A DNA stretch of 64,000 bases from Podarcis pityusensis. Taxonomy: Eukaryota. The notes under the pieces are model-generated. The model was not told the origin of the DNA. It saw only the letters and a list, made by a program, of their open reading frames with translations, and made no database searches. Below, piece after piece: positions 12,016 through 22,919 of the stretch; position 1 is the stretch's first letter, and each line of letters opens with the position of its first letter. Location of the stretch: NCBI GenBank assembly GCA_964106645.2, contig OZ067049.1. One strand, 5' to 3'. Position numbers and translations under genes: made by a program.

Positions 12016-12562
12016 TTGGGTCGATCTGGGGCTTGTCTCCGTTCGCCTCGCTCTCGCCATTGTTTTCCGAGAACGCGCCGTCGTTGCCTTGCTTATCCCT
12101 ATCAGCTGGAGGAGAACCACAAGCATAGTCAGTCAGAGAGAGCGCGTGCGTGTCAAAGGTGGTACAGTCACCCCTCCTGGCCGTGAGCGGTTCAGGTTTA
12201 ATGCCGTAATGCCTGCTGGCCGGCAAGCCCGGGAAAGACAAGGAGCCCGGCATGGGCTCCAGCCACGAGCGCATGTACCTGCCGTCGGGCGCTGCCATTG
12301 GTGCCTGGTGATGCACGTACGGGTGGTACACGGTGGGCACATTGTTAGCGCTCGGCGGGTGCACGGCGTTCCAGGAAGTGCTGAAGACGGAGGTTTTCGA
12401 CTGAAAGCTGCACGGGGTGAACTCGGGGTGGTCTCCAAGGGTCGCCTGCCTGGCCGGCTGACCTAGAGAAGCCGAGCCATAGCGGGACTGCACCAGCTCC
12501 TCGCTGTCGTGGATGAGGAAAGAGTCCACGTAGTAGTTGCTGAGCGTCCCCGAAGAAGACAT
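12016..12562 (-). CDS. HOXA9: HOXA9 exon 1
   Basis: MSSSGTLSNYYVDSFL...DGRYMRSWLEP...YGIKPEPL. Donor A|GTAAG at 12015. An in-frame ATG at 12568 would add MA. Spliced CDS 547+239=786 nt, 261 aa. Confidence 0.96.
12106..12278 (-). other. 173-nt internal alternative intron (exitron) generating the HOXA9T-type truncated isoform
   Basis: Donor GGCAG|GTACAT at 12278 and acceptor TTCTCCTCCAG|CTGA at 12106. The length is exactly 173 nt, as for the known HOXA9T deletion. Confidence 0.8.
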
Positions 12563-12628
12563 AGCCATCCAAGCCAAGCCCCAGCCCCAGCCCCAGTGCA
12601 AAAAAAGGAGAGGCAAGACCTGGCGAAA

Positions 12629-12649
12629 TTATGAAACTGCAGATTTCAT
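12629..12649 (-). other. HOXA9 uORF MKSAVS* lying in a near-perfect palindrome
   Basis: ATGAAATCTGCAGTTTCATAA read directly. Confidence 0.55.
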
Positions 12650-12699
12650 GTAACAACTTGGTCCTCACGAAGAAGTACAGTCACCTAATAAGTTGAAGG

Positions 12700-12960
12700 C
12701 TGCCTGTCAGCCCATTGGCTGCCTCGCGTCACATGGCCGGGCAGCAGAACAATAAAGTATAAATCAGTCCGCAGGCTATTAATGGGTCAGTGTTTTCCCG
12801 TCATCATTTTTATAGCAAAGCCATATGTTTTTATGCAAAGGGATAGACGACTTGTACGGCAATATTTGTTTTAATTGTGGCTGATCGAGATTAAAAGATC
12901 AGAATTTTGGGTATGGCCACCTTTCTAAAGCGGACTATTTTATATCATAATTAATCATCC
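12700..12960 (-). promoter_or_regulatory. HOXA9 proximal promoter: CCAAT box, E-box GTCACATG, CDX/HOX sites
   Basis: CCATTGG at 12712-12718, GTCACATG at 12728-12735, plus CAATAAA, TTTTATAG and TTTTATG motifs. Confidence 0.65.
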
Positions 12961-14131
12961 CATCAATGGTCCGTGTTCCTTGCAAAAAAAAAAAAAGCCA
13001 AGTCTCTCTCTCTCACACACACACACACATACACATACTCACTCACTCACGCGCACACACACACAAAGACAGGCTACCCTCCTTGTGATCGGAGACCTTC
13101 ACATAAAATTATACAATAATTGAAGCAATAAAAAAGCAAAATAACATTGGCGGCATACTGTATTTAAATATATATTTATTATATTTCATAAGGAGTTATT
13201 GTTTCGGGAGCCACGGGGTTGTTATTAAGTCAGTAACTACGAGCATATTCATTTGCATCGCTGTGTTTCACAGCAGTAAAAATTTACGAGTGCCTGGAAA
13301 GGTTAAATTATACTATTGTGTTTAGTTTGGGAACTCACTGTAAATAATACTGTGCCGTTGAGTTCAGAGCTAACTGGGGCTGGCAGGGAAAAGTCAAATC
13401 CAACACGATTCCCCTTTCGAAAAGGGAATCTGCCCACCGCCAAACAGAGCAGGAGGATAACTGGGGCTGGGGGCGAGAGATCTCAAATCGATATCGAAAT
13501 TTGCATCTTTATCCGCGCCTCTGATCTAAGAGTCCTCGGACCCACAGCCAGGAATCCCTCACTGTGGAATCGGACCCACAACTAGGAATCCCAAACACCC
13601 ACCTCCTGGCTCCTCAGTAATCTCTTTCTCTTCTCTCTCTCCCTCCCCTCACCCCCTGCGCAGCCCCCGAAATAATTCCAGCAGCAGAATAAGGCAAGGA
13701 ACCGCAGACACATTTAAATTCTGCCACAAATACTAGCTTAACCTGCAGGTGTGGGAGACAATTGCCCTTCTTGCTGTTTTTCTTTTAAATAATATTGTGA
13801 CATTTTATCAAGAAGTTGTTTGATGCCCCGTTCTTTGACAACTAGATAACCTTTATATTTTTTATTTTTATTTTGGTAAAAGGAAGAGACCAAGTCAAGA
13901 GGAGGAATGCAGAAGAGAACTTTTATGCGGGAGAAAAACTGAGCGGACACATCCCCCTCGATCAAGTTGACTGCGGCGGGATCCACGGCCACTGGGCATT
14001 TTATCACTTCTGTCTCTCTCTCTCTCTCTCTGAAGTGTAACTACACATTCTGTCAAGAACCGGATAAAGCACAGCTATGTTGGAGACTGTGAGTGTGTGA
14101 GACTGTGTGTCTGTCTGTGGGTGGGGAAGGA

Positions 14132-14133
<2 letters not shown>

Positions 14134-14175
<42 letters not shown>

Positions 14176-14205
14176 CACTATACACTATACACACACTCAC
14201 ACACA
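14134..14205. repeat. (CA)n microsatellite with degenerate tail
   Basis: Direct reading. Confidence 0.9.
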
Positions 14206-15334
14206 CTTCATGACGATTAATTCCTAAGCATGCATGAAAGCAAAATAGGAGCAAAAATCCTGTCTGTCGCCTGCCTTAAAGGGGCACCCTCTTTCGCCCT
14301 TGCATTTTTATGCAGTATCCCCGCTGGCGGATCGCATTCCCGAGCCGTCGGATTTTAGGTGCAAATAGTTATTTACTCTCTGGCACGTTCTTATATGGCT
14401 TCTGTAAGCGGCGGAGGGTTACCGCCGTCTAGGAAAAACAAGGAGAAGGTGATACGGTTCTCAGATCAAGTCCAGTGTTGTGGATTAAAGTTATGACTAA
14501 ATGGTGGATTGTCGGTGACATTTGCATTCATTGTCTTTCTCCCGAGGATTCCTAAACGTCCCCCCCCCCTATTTATTTATTTCTCTTTCTTTCTTTGGAA
14601 AAAAAATGCTGTGTTCTGCTAGTGGGAGGAGGGGGAAGGATCGAATAAGGATCTCTGTATTTTATTTTATTATTTTATTTTTTTTAACTCTTCGTCAGGC
14701 TAGAGACGGGGCAAATAGCAAGGAAACCGCGTGCTAATGAAATTCGTCTGTGAATATTGTGAGCGCAAAAAGTATGGTTCTCATTAGCTTTACATCACGT
14801 CAGCGTTCTTTTCCCCTTTCATACTTCTCCAATAGCTGAGTCTTGAGAAAAACTTAAATTAGCAGTCAGTTCTCTTTTTTTGACATAAGGTCCCGAGATT
14901 ACAAGAAACAATTAATATTTCACAGATCCTCAGCAGGAACAATTTCGCAGGGGCGTTGCTGGAAATCTCTTCCCATGCCTCAACAAAGCCATTTTTTAAA
15001 AAAAAAAAAAATGTAGACAAATGTCTTCCTATGTAATTACAGCTAAAGTATGTGATCGCCTTAGTGCGATATCCTCAACAGGAGAGAGGAGGAAAATATT
15101 ATTATTAGTCGGTTACTCTCCTGGAAAGACGGAAGTCTTACGTCATTTTTGTTTAAAATCGAGAGTCAGCTGTTGTGAAATATGCTGGCAGAACTTCCTT
15201 CCTCCTAGAAGGAGAAAAATAATCTTAACAGCAGGATTCCTAAATGTTTTTATGACTTTTTGGGGTTTCGGAGGCGGTAGTGACTTTTCATTCCGGATTA
15301 AGCCTTTGAGAGTGGGAAACAACGGGAATGATCC

Positions 15335-15505
15335 AGCTGCAATCCCCGACACTTACTACAGAGTAAGTCCCATTAAAGCTCAGTGGGACTTACTTCTGGG
15401 TAAAATTGCAGTCTAAGGCTGCAGTCTCTTTACCCAGTTACCTAGAAGCGCCATTGAACTCAGTGGGGCTTACTTTTGAGTAGACGTGTAGACATTTGAA
15501 ATGTA
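15335..15505. mobile_element. Two tandem palindromic MITE-like copies separated by TAA
   Basis: Copy 1 is agctgcaat...agtaagtccca-ttaaagctcag-tgggacttact...attgcagtc, with a perfect 11-bp inner inverted repeat spanning 15362-15394. TAA at 15414-15416, then copy 2 starts ggctgcag. Confidence 0.8.
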
Positions 15506-15869
15506 AGGCTCGCGTTACAATAAAGGAATAAACATTTCAGAGCTCCCTTTAAAAAGCTGGCTGCTGAACCATTAAAATTAAAGAATTTAAAGATGATTTG
15601 TTATATTCACCTTCGAAATGATAGAAAGGGATAAATACAAAGTACTTCGTATGTTAGCTTCGCCATTTTCTTCATTTGGTGCAGATATTGTATTTTCAGT
15701 ATAAACAGGAATCATTTTTTTAATAGCTCGGCTTTGTAGCTCATATAGCTGACTTCCATTTAGTGACAAATAATATGAAAATGGAGAAAGCCTCCTCATT
15801 AGCCGAATTCCTGCTTTCTTTGAACTGTTAATTACTTCCAATGAAATAGGCTTCGGGTTGGAATAAGGC

Positions 15870-15942
15870 GGCTACCAGTCTTTGGACATTACCCTGAACA
15901 CATAAATTTGGGACTTACTCCCGAGTAAGTGTGGAGTAGCCG
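15870..15942. mobile_element. Palindromic MITE-like copy
   Basis: cggctac...tgggacttactcccgagtaagtgtgg...gtagccg with terminal inverted repeats. Confidence 0.6.
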
Positions 15943-16092
15943 TGACATATAAACAACCCATATACACTGACCCGCCCATTTCGGGAAATTTTCGCCCAGG
16001 TTAAAAAATGTTATTACTGATCTCAACAGTATTTATTTCAAGTTAGTGTGCATATATGGTGGCAGCTTCAGAGTTTTAATAACTATATCTGG

Positions 16093-16128
<36 letters not shown>

Positions 16129-16398
16129 TATTAGGTTTTAACCCTTGAACCTACCTACCAGACAGATCAAAGGAAAAATAAAAACGCCGTTTAAGGGTTA
16201 TAACTGTGTGCTCGCACTTTATTTACTTATTTTACACAGAGTCTGAAGTAATCAGTATGTTCCTAAACATATCTAAGCAATATAATTGTCTAATGTTTCT
16301 CTCTCCCCCCCCCCATATATTCCACCTCCTTCTCCCTCTCATTCATGCACACATATATATGTGTGTACACACAGAGGCATATAGAGATTTCTCTTTTT

Positions 16399-16440
<42 letters not shown>
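16399..16440. repeat. (GAAA)n microsatellite
   Basis: Direct reading. Confidence 0.95.
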
Positions 16441-18091
16441 GTAGTCCTAATAGGATTTGGATAATATTCTGTAGGAGGTAATGTATTGTGCACTGATATG
16501 GAGAATTCCGGGTTCTTGGGTTTGTCTGTTTTGTTGTGTTTTTAGCTTTTAAATAAGCTTTGCTTGAGATAAATGACCAAACAATGGTCGAATGATTCAG
16601 AAGCAGCACAGACTTCATACAGAAGGCTGGCCATGGTAGCTGCTTGCATACAGCAATGCCCTTCTTTCTGTATTCATGTGGGGGGACCATGTACGTCCTC
16701 TAGATCCAAGCCGTAGGCACGTGCATTCGTGCAAACACAGACACATACATAACTACACAATGTCCATATTATAAGCAGCAAAGCCCCGAAACACTTATCG
16801 TGTGAACTTGTCATTTAAATTATTCAACTATGGCAAAGGCTCCCCCCAAAATTGACGGGACGGTGTGTGTTTGTGGGAGGCAGAATTAAACAAATCTGAT
16901 TTCTCCAGCCCTTTTAACTGTTCTCTGAAATGTTCGGAAACTTGAAGGGTGGGGGAGGGGAAAAAAAAAGAATATAAAGGATATTCCCGTGCGTTTCCCA
17001 ATACCCACGCACCCGTACCCACCGCAGGACATGGAAGGGAGAGGTCTTGTTCATTTACAATAGCTGTAAACAATGTGTGTATCCGGTGTAAACAAGGCGC
17101 TGCAGCTCCTTCGCCTCTCGCTGGGCTGCTGCGCATAAATGGCAAGGCGACAGCACAGCGCAGCCTCGAGCCCAAGCGAGGTCGCTGTTGCTTATTCCGC
17201 CTCATTGGAATGCAGGCGCCCGGACACACTCCAATAATGATCGTAACCGAGGCCTTGTAAGCTACAGAGAAATCCTTGGGGTCCCCCCTCCCGAGTTTTC
17301 CTGCCTCCCCGGTCTCCCTCTTTCCGCCCCTTATGCCCTTAGGGTCTGCATTCCCTGCAGACATTGGAAGGACTGTTCTAGCTTCGGGGTGGGGGGAGAA
17401 ACAGCGGAGAGAAAACAGAGTGATTCTGAAGGCCACCACTGTAAGTAAAGGGAGAGCAAGGGCTGTGTGTGTGTGTGTGTGTGTGTTTGCGCAAACGGGC
17501 CGGCGGCTAGACCTCATAACACAATATAGCTCAATAAAATATAATGAGATAGAACCAGTAAGCAGGACTGGAAATTGCTACCAGATTCCCTCTCTTTACA
17601 GCGGAGTAACTGAAACACACCCACTACATATGGAGGAAAGCAGGGCAACAGACATTTTTGCGAATAATGCGAATAATATCACCAGCAACAGCAGCGACAA
17701 TAATCAAAGTATCCAATGATACGGATTAGACAATAAAATCTGGACATTCCTAAACTGGCAGAGTGCACCTGACCTTGAAGGAAACCTGCATGAGAAAACC
17801 CGAAGACAACCGATCCTAGCTAAGCTTGAAGGTCTCCTCCAATAGCGCCTTCAAACATTTCCCCCCTCTTCCACCTTGGCTGAAATGGATTAATTGAGGT
17901 GGCCGGAAAGGCGCTGGGTTTTTCGGCGCGCAGAAGGCAAACCAATGGCATTGGGACTTAACGCCTGCCGAGGAAAGGTAGCTTGCCAGATTTCTTCGGT
18001 AAAAGGCGGTATTATTAGTATTGTATCGCTATTACTACGAATGGACTCCGGCGCTTATTCTTATTCTTATTAGACCCGGTTGATGATTTCA

Positions 18092-18180
18092 AACTGAAGT
18101 AATTAAGGCAGTTTCGTGCTGTAGAGAGAGATTGAGATCCAGCCCCAACAACATGAAACTACCTAAACCACCGACCAGTT
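18092..18180 (-). ncRNA. MIR196B: mir-196 precursor (HoxA-cluster paralogue, syntenic with mammalian mir-196b); mature 5p 18165-18144 UAGGUAGUUUCAUGUUGUUGGG
   Basis: Mature sequence is recognisable. The 3p arm ACAGCACGAAACUGCCU pairs with it, the flanks ACUGGUCGGUG / UUACUUCAGUU match the 196b type, and it lies between HOXA9 and HOXA10. Confidence 0.96.
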
Positions 18181-19529
18181 CTCAGGCTCCTAATTAAGAG
18201 GGCTCCCCACTGCCGCTTTCCTTAGGAAACAGGATCCCGCTTCGAATAAATATGGAGAGACACCAATGCCCCAAAGAAACAGATTCCGAGCGGGTGGGGT
18301 GGGGTGGGGAAAGCCCCCACCCCCCCCAAAAAAAACCGAACAGCAACAAGACCTCACCCTTCCCACCGCCCCCCTCCGCCCTCTCCACCAAAGTCTCGGT
18401 CTACTCCATCTCGGTCTACAAACTTTCCACATTCTTGTGTGTGTGTTTTTTTTTTTTAAATGAAGTTCTTTCTCTCCTTCTGGACCCGCCAAATCATTAG
18501 AAACGCCTTTGTGCCCACTTTGTCGTCACTCCGTTTAATCTTACTCTCTACGTTCCATCATAGTTCTCTAACTTAGCCACGATCGAATTAGGGTATGATG
18601 CATATTAAAAATGCAACTTAGAGAAGGAGGCAGCGGGGCCAGGCAGGCCTCGAGAGGCAAGAATCCTCGTATACATAGGTTATCGAAGGCGATCAAGATG
18701 CGCGGGTTCAAAGTCTGGAAAAAGAAATGGCTACACAGCCCTTTCAGGCTCCCATCACCACCGCCTCCACTCCCACCCCTTCCAATCTCCCCCTCTCTCT
18801 CTCCTCCCCACCCGATTCGCCTTTGTCTGGATTCTGGAGCTGATCAACGTGCAATGATACAGAACCTTAATGCCAAAACATTCTCCGCTTAAGCGCATCC
18901 GCAAGCAGGCAGGTAGCGAAGGGAAGAATAAACATGGCGGAAAAGCTGATCGATCAAGGAGAACAAGGCTCAAGATCCTCGTTCCCACGTGCTCACCTTT
19001 TCAGAATCGCCTTTTTTTGTATGTGGGGGCATCTAGGTTTTCCTCTGGAGTTGAAAAGAGCTCCGAGCGTCTAGTGGGGTAGTTTTGTTTGGTTTAAAAT
19101 AAAAATAAAAAACAATAGTGGATCCTTCCTCGTGAGTTAACCACCGAGTTATTTTAATAAAATAAATAAATAAATAAAGAGAAGCCCAAGTCCTCTAACT
19201 TCGCAAATAAGTAGCCCTTGGCTTCCTCTGCCTGTGCAGCCCCTCAGTCAACTAAAACCACTCGTCCAAGACAGCAACAATCCAGATATACTAGCAAGTC
19301 ATAAAACTGAACAAAAGCCGACAAACCTTACAGCACCATTGCTATATGGCCCAGACAAATTACGACCGTCTAGGTAATATTTAAATAGATTCCTAAAGTA
19401 ATTGCAGGGGGCTCGGGCAAACTATTCCTGTTGTAAAAGTTCTTGGAGATCTGAAAGTAGGACCATGAGAATAAACAGTCACAAACGAGGTATTTTTTTT
19501 TTAAAAAGAGGGTGGTTCATTCCATGCCT

Positions 19530-19535
19530 TTTATT
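19530..19535 (-). terminator. Probable HOXA10 polyadenylation signal AATAAA
   Basis: AATAAA about 1.3 kb downstream of the stop, followed by a U-rich tract. Confidence 0.5.
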
Positions 19536-20822
19536 CTTCTTCCAAGAGAAACATAAACAGCGTCTCCATTTTGTCCTGTTTTTTTTTTTTGTTTTTGTTT
19601 TTTTGTTTTGCTTTACTTCCACGCAGCATTACAATTCATTGGTTTTAAGGTAAGGAGGGGATGGACGAGAGATAGAGCTAACATCGAGAATAACGCTATA
19701 GAATGCTTTGCTTGCAACAGTATCGGCATTTTAATAATATTAATAATATTAATATTAATAGACATTTATACATATTCTGTATTCATAGATATTTTTTTCT
19801 TTAAAAAAAAAAATCTTCTCTTTGCACTACACGCTTGACCTTTTTCAACGCATGTAACTTCACAGTATCAAGGAAACCAGGGGGAAAACTTTCACCTCCC
19901 TTGCTGTCCCCCATAGTCAAGTCAGGGGGAAAATTCATCTGGTGGTCCAATATACATAGAATAACACACCTCTCCGTGGACAAAGTCGTTTCTCCTCTCC
20001 AAAGCGGGGAGATTTCTTCCTTCCTTCCTTTCATGTGCTTGCCAAGCGTAACTAGCAGTAACCCAAAGGTATCCAAAGCAAAAACTACCTCAAGTCATTA
20101 CCTACAACCAGAAAGTGTAAGATTTTAGCCAATAAAGCAGACAAAGACTTTCCTCTCTCCTTTTGGGGGGGGAAGGGGAGGAGGAGGGGGAAGAGGTCTC
20201 ATTTTCGTGGCAATTTTAAAAGTTGTAATATTAAATATGGATTTTTGGGTATGCGGGGGATTGGGCACAAACAAACATATAAGTGCGCCAGCCTTGGCTC
20301 CTGACACCATATTCTATAACCTGATTTTATCTGGATCGGCTAGACGCATGCTTCCTATTAAGCAGCGGCGTGGCCAGATTTTAATTATTCAAAACCATCC
20401 TCGGCTCAGATCCAAAACACCAGCTACTATTACAGTGGGGTGGGAGAGAACGCAAGTTGCCTTCAGTCTTATTTGGCTCAATTTTCTGAAAATGGAGTTT
20501 GGGAGAGGGGTGTTGAGAAGGGGAGGACAATAGGCATCTAGGGTTCTGAAAACCATTTCCCCCCCTTCAGCACCAGCCTTTCCAGACCGGGCATTTACTG
20601 AGGGCAGCAGCGGACATGGATGGGGTAGTGTGCATCAGTTATGGCTTCATCCCAACGAAATCAATTACCAAGAGGCCATGGAGAGGCTGAGGATGTAATT
20701 GAAAGGCTCGGACGCACACAGGTGCGAGTAGCTAGAGGCTTAGGGGGTGGGGAGGAGACCGGGGGGTGGGGGGTGGAACCGTCCTAGCTGTTCAGACCAT
20801 CAAGATGCGTGCCTAGGGTTCA

Positions 20823-21097
20823 TCAGGAGAAATTGAAGTTGGCTGTGAGCTCCCGGATTCGATTCTCCCTGTTCATTTTCTTCAGTTTCATCCTGCGGTT
20901 CTGAAACCAGATTTTGACTTGTCTGTCTGTTAGGTGGACTGTGCGGCTGATCTCTAGGCGACGCTCACGAGTCAGGTACATGTTGAACAGAAACTCCTTT
21001 TCCAGCTCCAGAGTTTGGTGCTTGGTGTAAGGGCATCGCTTCTTCCTGCCACTTTTTGCGGTGAGCCAACTGGCTGCGTTCTCTCCTTTTGAATTGC
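20823..21097 (-). CDS. HOXA10: HOXA10 exon 2 (homeodomain); missed by the ORF track
   Basis: Manual translation gives [91 protein letters not shown]. Acceptor CTAG at 21098-21101 (minus). Confidence 0.97.
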
Positions 21098-21622
21098 CTA
21101 GTTTTAAGGGGGAAAATAAGAAAAAAAGGGAAGGTTACCAGAACGACACCAGGAAAACTTGGGCGGCGTAGCGTGGATGGGCTGGGGGACGCTTCTGTAC
21201 TTAGTACCGAATATAAATTTGAGAAGGGCACTCTGGCCTTCCTTCAGGGTTCCTGTCCGGGTCCCTCTTAAATTGGTAGCCCCCAAAGGAGAGCGAGCAT
21301 TGCAACACACTCCCTGACTTTGCCGCATCTCGCTGGTCTGAGAGACCGGATCGCTTTTGGAGTTGACACCGATGCGCACAAATGCCTTTGGCAGTGGCGT
21401 CTTGCAGGGTTTTGCCTCTGCTTCAGTCCTGGCCGTTTGTTCTCAAAACACTCGTTGCGAGACCGCCCCCTGCTCCCTCCCCTAAATCCAGATTATTTGA
21501 AAATGTGGTCGACGCTGCCGAAGCGCTCGATTAAAAAAAGAAGAAGAAGCCCTGGGTGGCTGTTTTTTTGGTTGGGGGTGGGGTCGTTTTCGAATTGTTA
21601 TGCCTAATATTTCTGGCGAATG

Positions 21623-21815
21623 AGGGCTGCAATCCCATCTAAACTACTCCACACACCCTTCCAGAGCAATCCCTGGCATGTTCGCTCAGAAGTAAGTCCC
21701 ACTGTGTTCAGTGCGGCTTACTCCCCGGTAAGCGGGTATAGGAATGTTGCGTTACTGAGAATCAAGCCCGTTTAATTCAGTGGTGCAACAAACAAGCAAG
21801 CATAGGAACGGGCTG
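21623..21815. mobile_element. Cluster of palindromic MITE-like copies in the HOXA10 intron
   Basis: gggctgcaatccc..., then gcaatccctggcatgttcgctcagaagtaagtcccactgtgttcagtgcggcttactccccggtaagcgggtatagga, then a third partial copy. Confidence 0.75.
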
Positions 21816-22919
21816 TGCGTTTCCAAATTCAAACTAAATCTAAACCGTTGGGCAATTTAGCGCTGAGATGGTTCTTACAAGCACACATTGATGATGCACA
21901 TTTTTTTTAAAAAGCACATATGCCTTTCTCTTTATTTTTTGGAAGTACATGTAGCTGGAGGTGGGGTTGGGGCGGGAAACCCAACTCCCTCTGTGTGCAT
22001 TTAGATAACGATATGCATATGCATATATGTGTGCACACACGTAACATGCTTCATTGCATCCTGTTTCAGAATTGTGGGAGAAACAACAACTAAAAGCTTA
22101 CCCTGCGGAGTTCCCGGTTTTATTTTCTTATTATTATTTTATTATTCCCTTTAATGGGCATCATGAAATAGAAAACTCTTCTGCAAAAGCCACTCGCCAT
22201 CCCCGCGCGTTGAAATGAATGACTGAGCACCGACCAGGAACTCTGGCATTCTTGTACAGCTCCCATTCATTCCAATGACCCTGCGTATATTTCAACACAG
22301 AAGCCTTGTGGCGCTCTGGAGAGCCTCTCGCAGCGCAGACTCCAGCAGTCTAATTTGATAGTGCTTCATAGAAGAGAATTTTAACCCAGCTGCTTTTTTT
22401 TTTTTTTTAAGGCATCCAGGATCGTAAACTAGAACTTAGCCTGTTAATGGGCTTATTTATTGGCGCTGGCCCCTTGCTTACTTTGGACGCTTTACAAACA
22501 TCTATGTTATCTCTGCAGTCACCTCAGCATCACTTGAGGCCAGGAAATACAGAGCTGCATTTATCTCTTTTTCCTTTTCTTCCTATTTTGTCTCTTTTCA
22601 AGCCCTTTGCCTTTAGGATTTTACCCATACTCAGCTTTTCTTTTTGTATGGCTCATAAACTCGAAGGGGTGGATATATCAATATTTATTTATTTACAGCA
22701 TCCCAGCGTCCAAATATGAATGGCAGCTCAGCATGTTATGCTAAGCCGCTCTATGAATGGCCATTTTGGCCAGCGAAGGGGGCTTCCAGTATTCTGGGCG
22801 ATTCTCACCCCCTTATCGCATCCCACCCCTCCTGGTTTTTGTGGCAACGGTGCCGGCTGCCGTGCGCGGGGGCGGGGGAGCTAGGCGGGTAGAGAGTAGT
22901 GCATTTATTTTTTGCTTAC

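Noticed and set aside
20081-20093. AAACTACCTCA miR-196/let-7 seed match in the HOXA10 3'UTR region
   Set aside because: It is on the plus strand, antisense to HOXA10 mRNA, so it matters only if an antisense transcript covers it.
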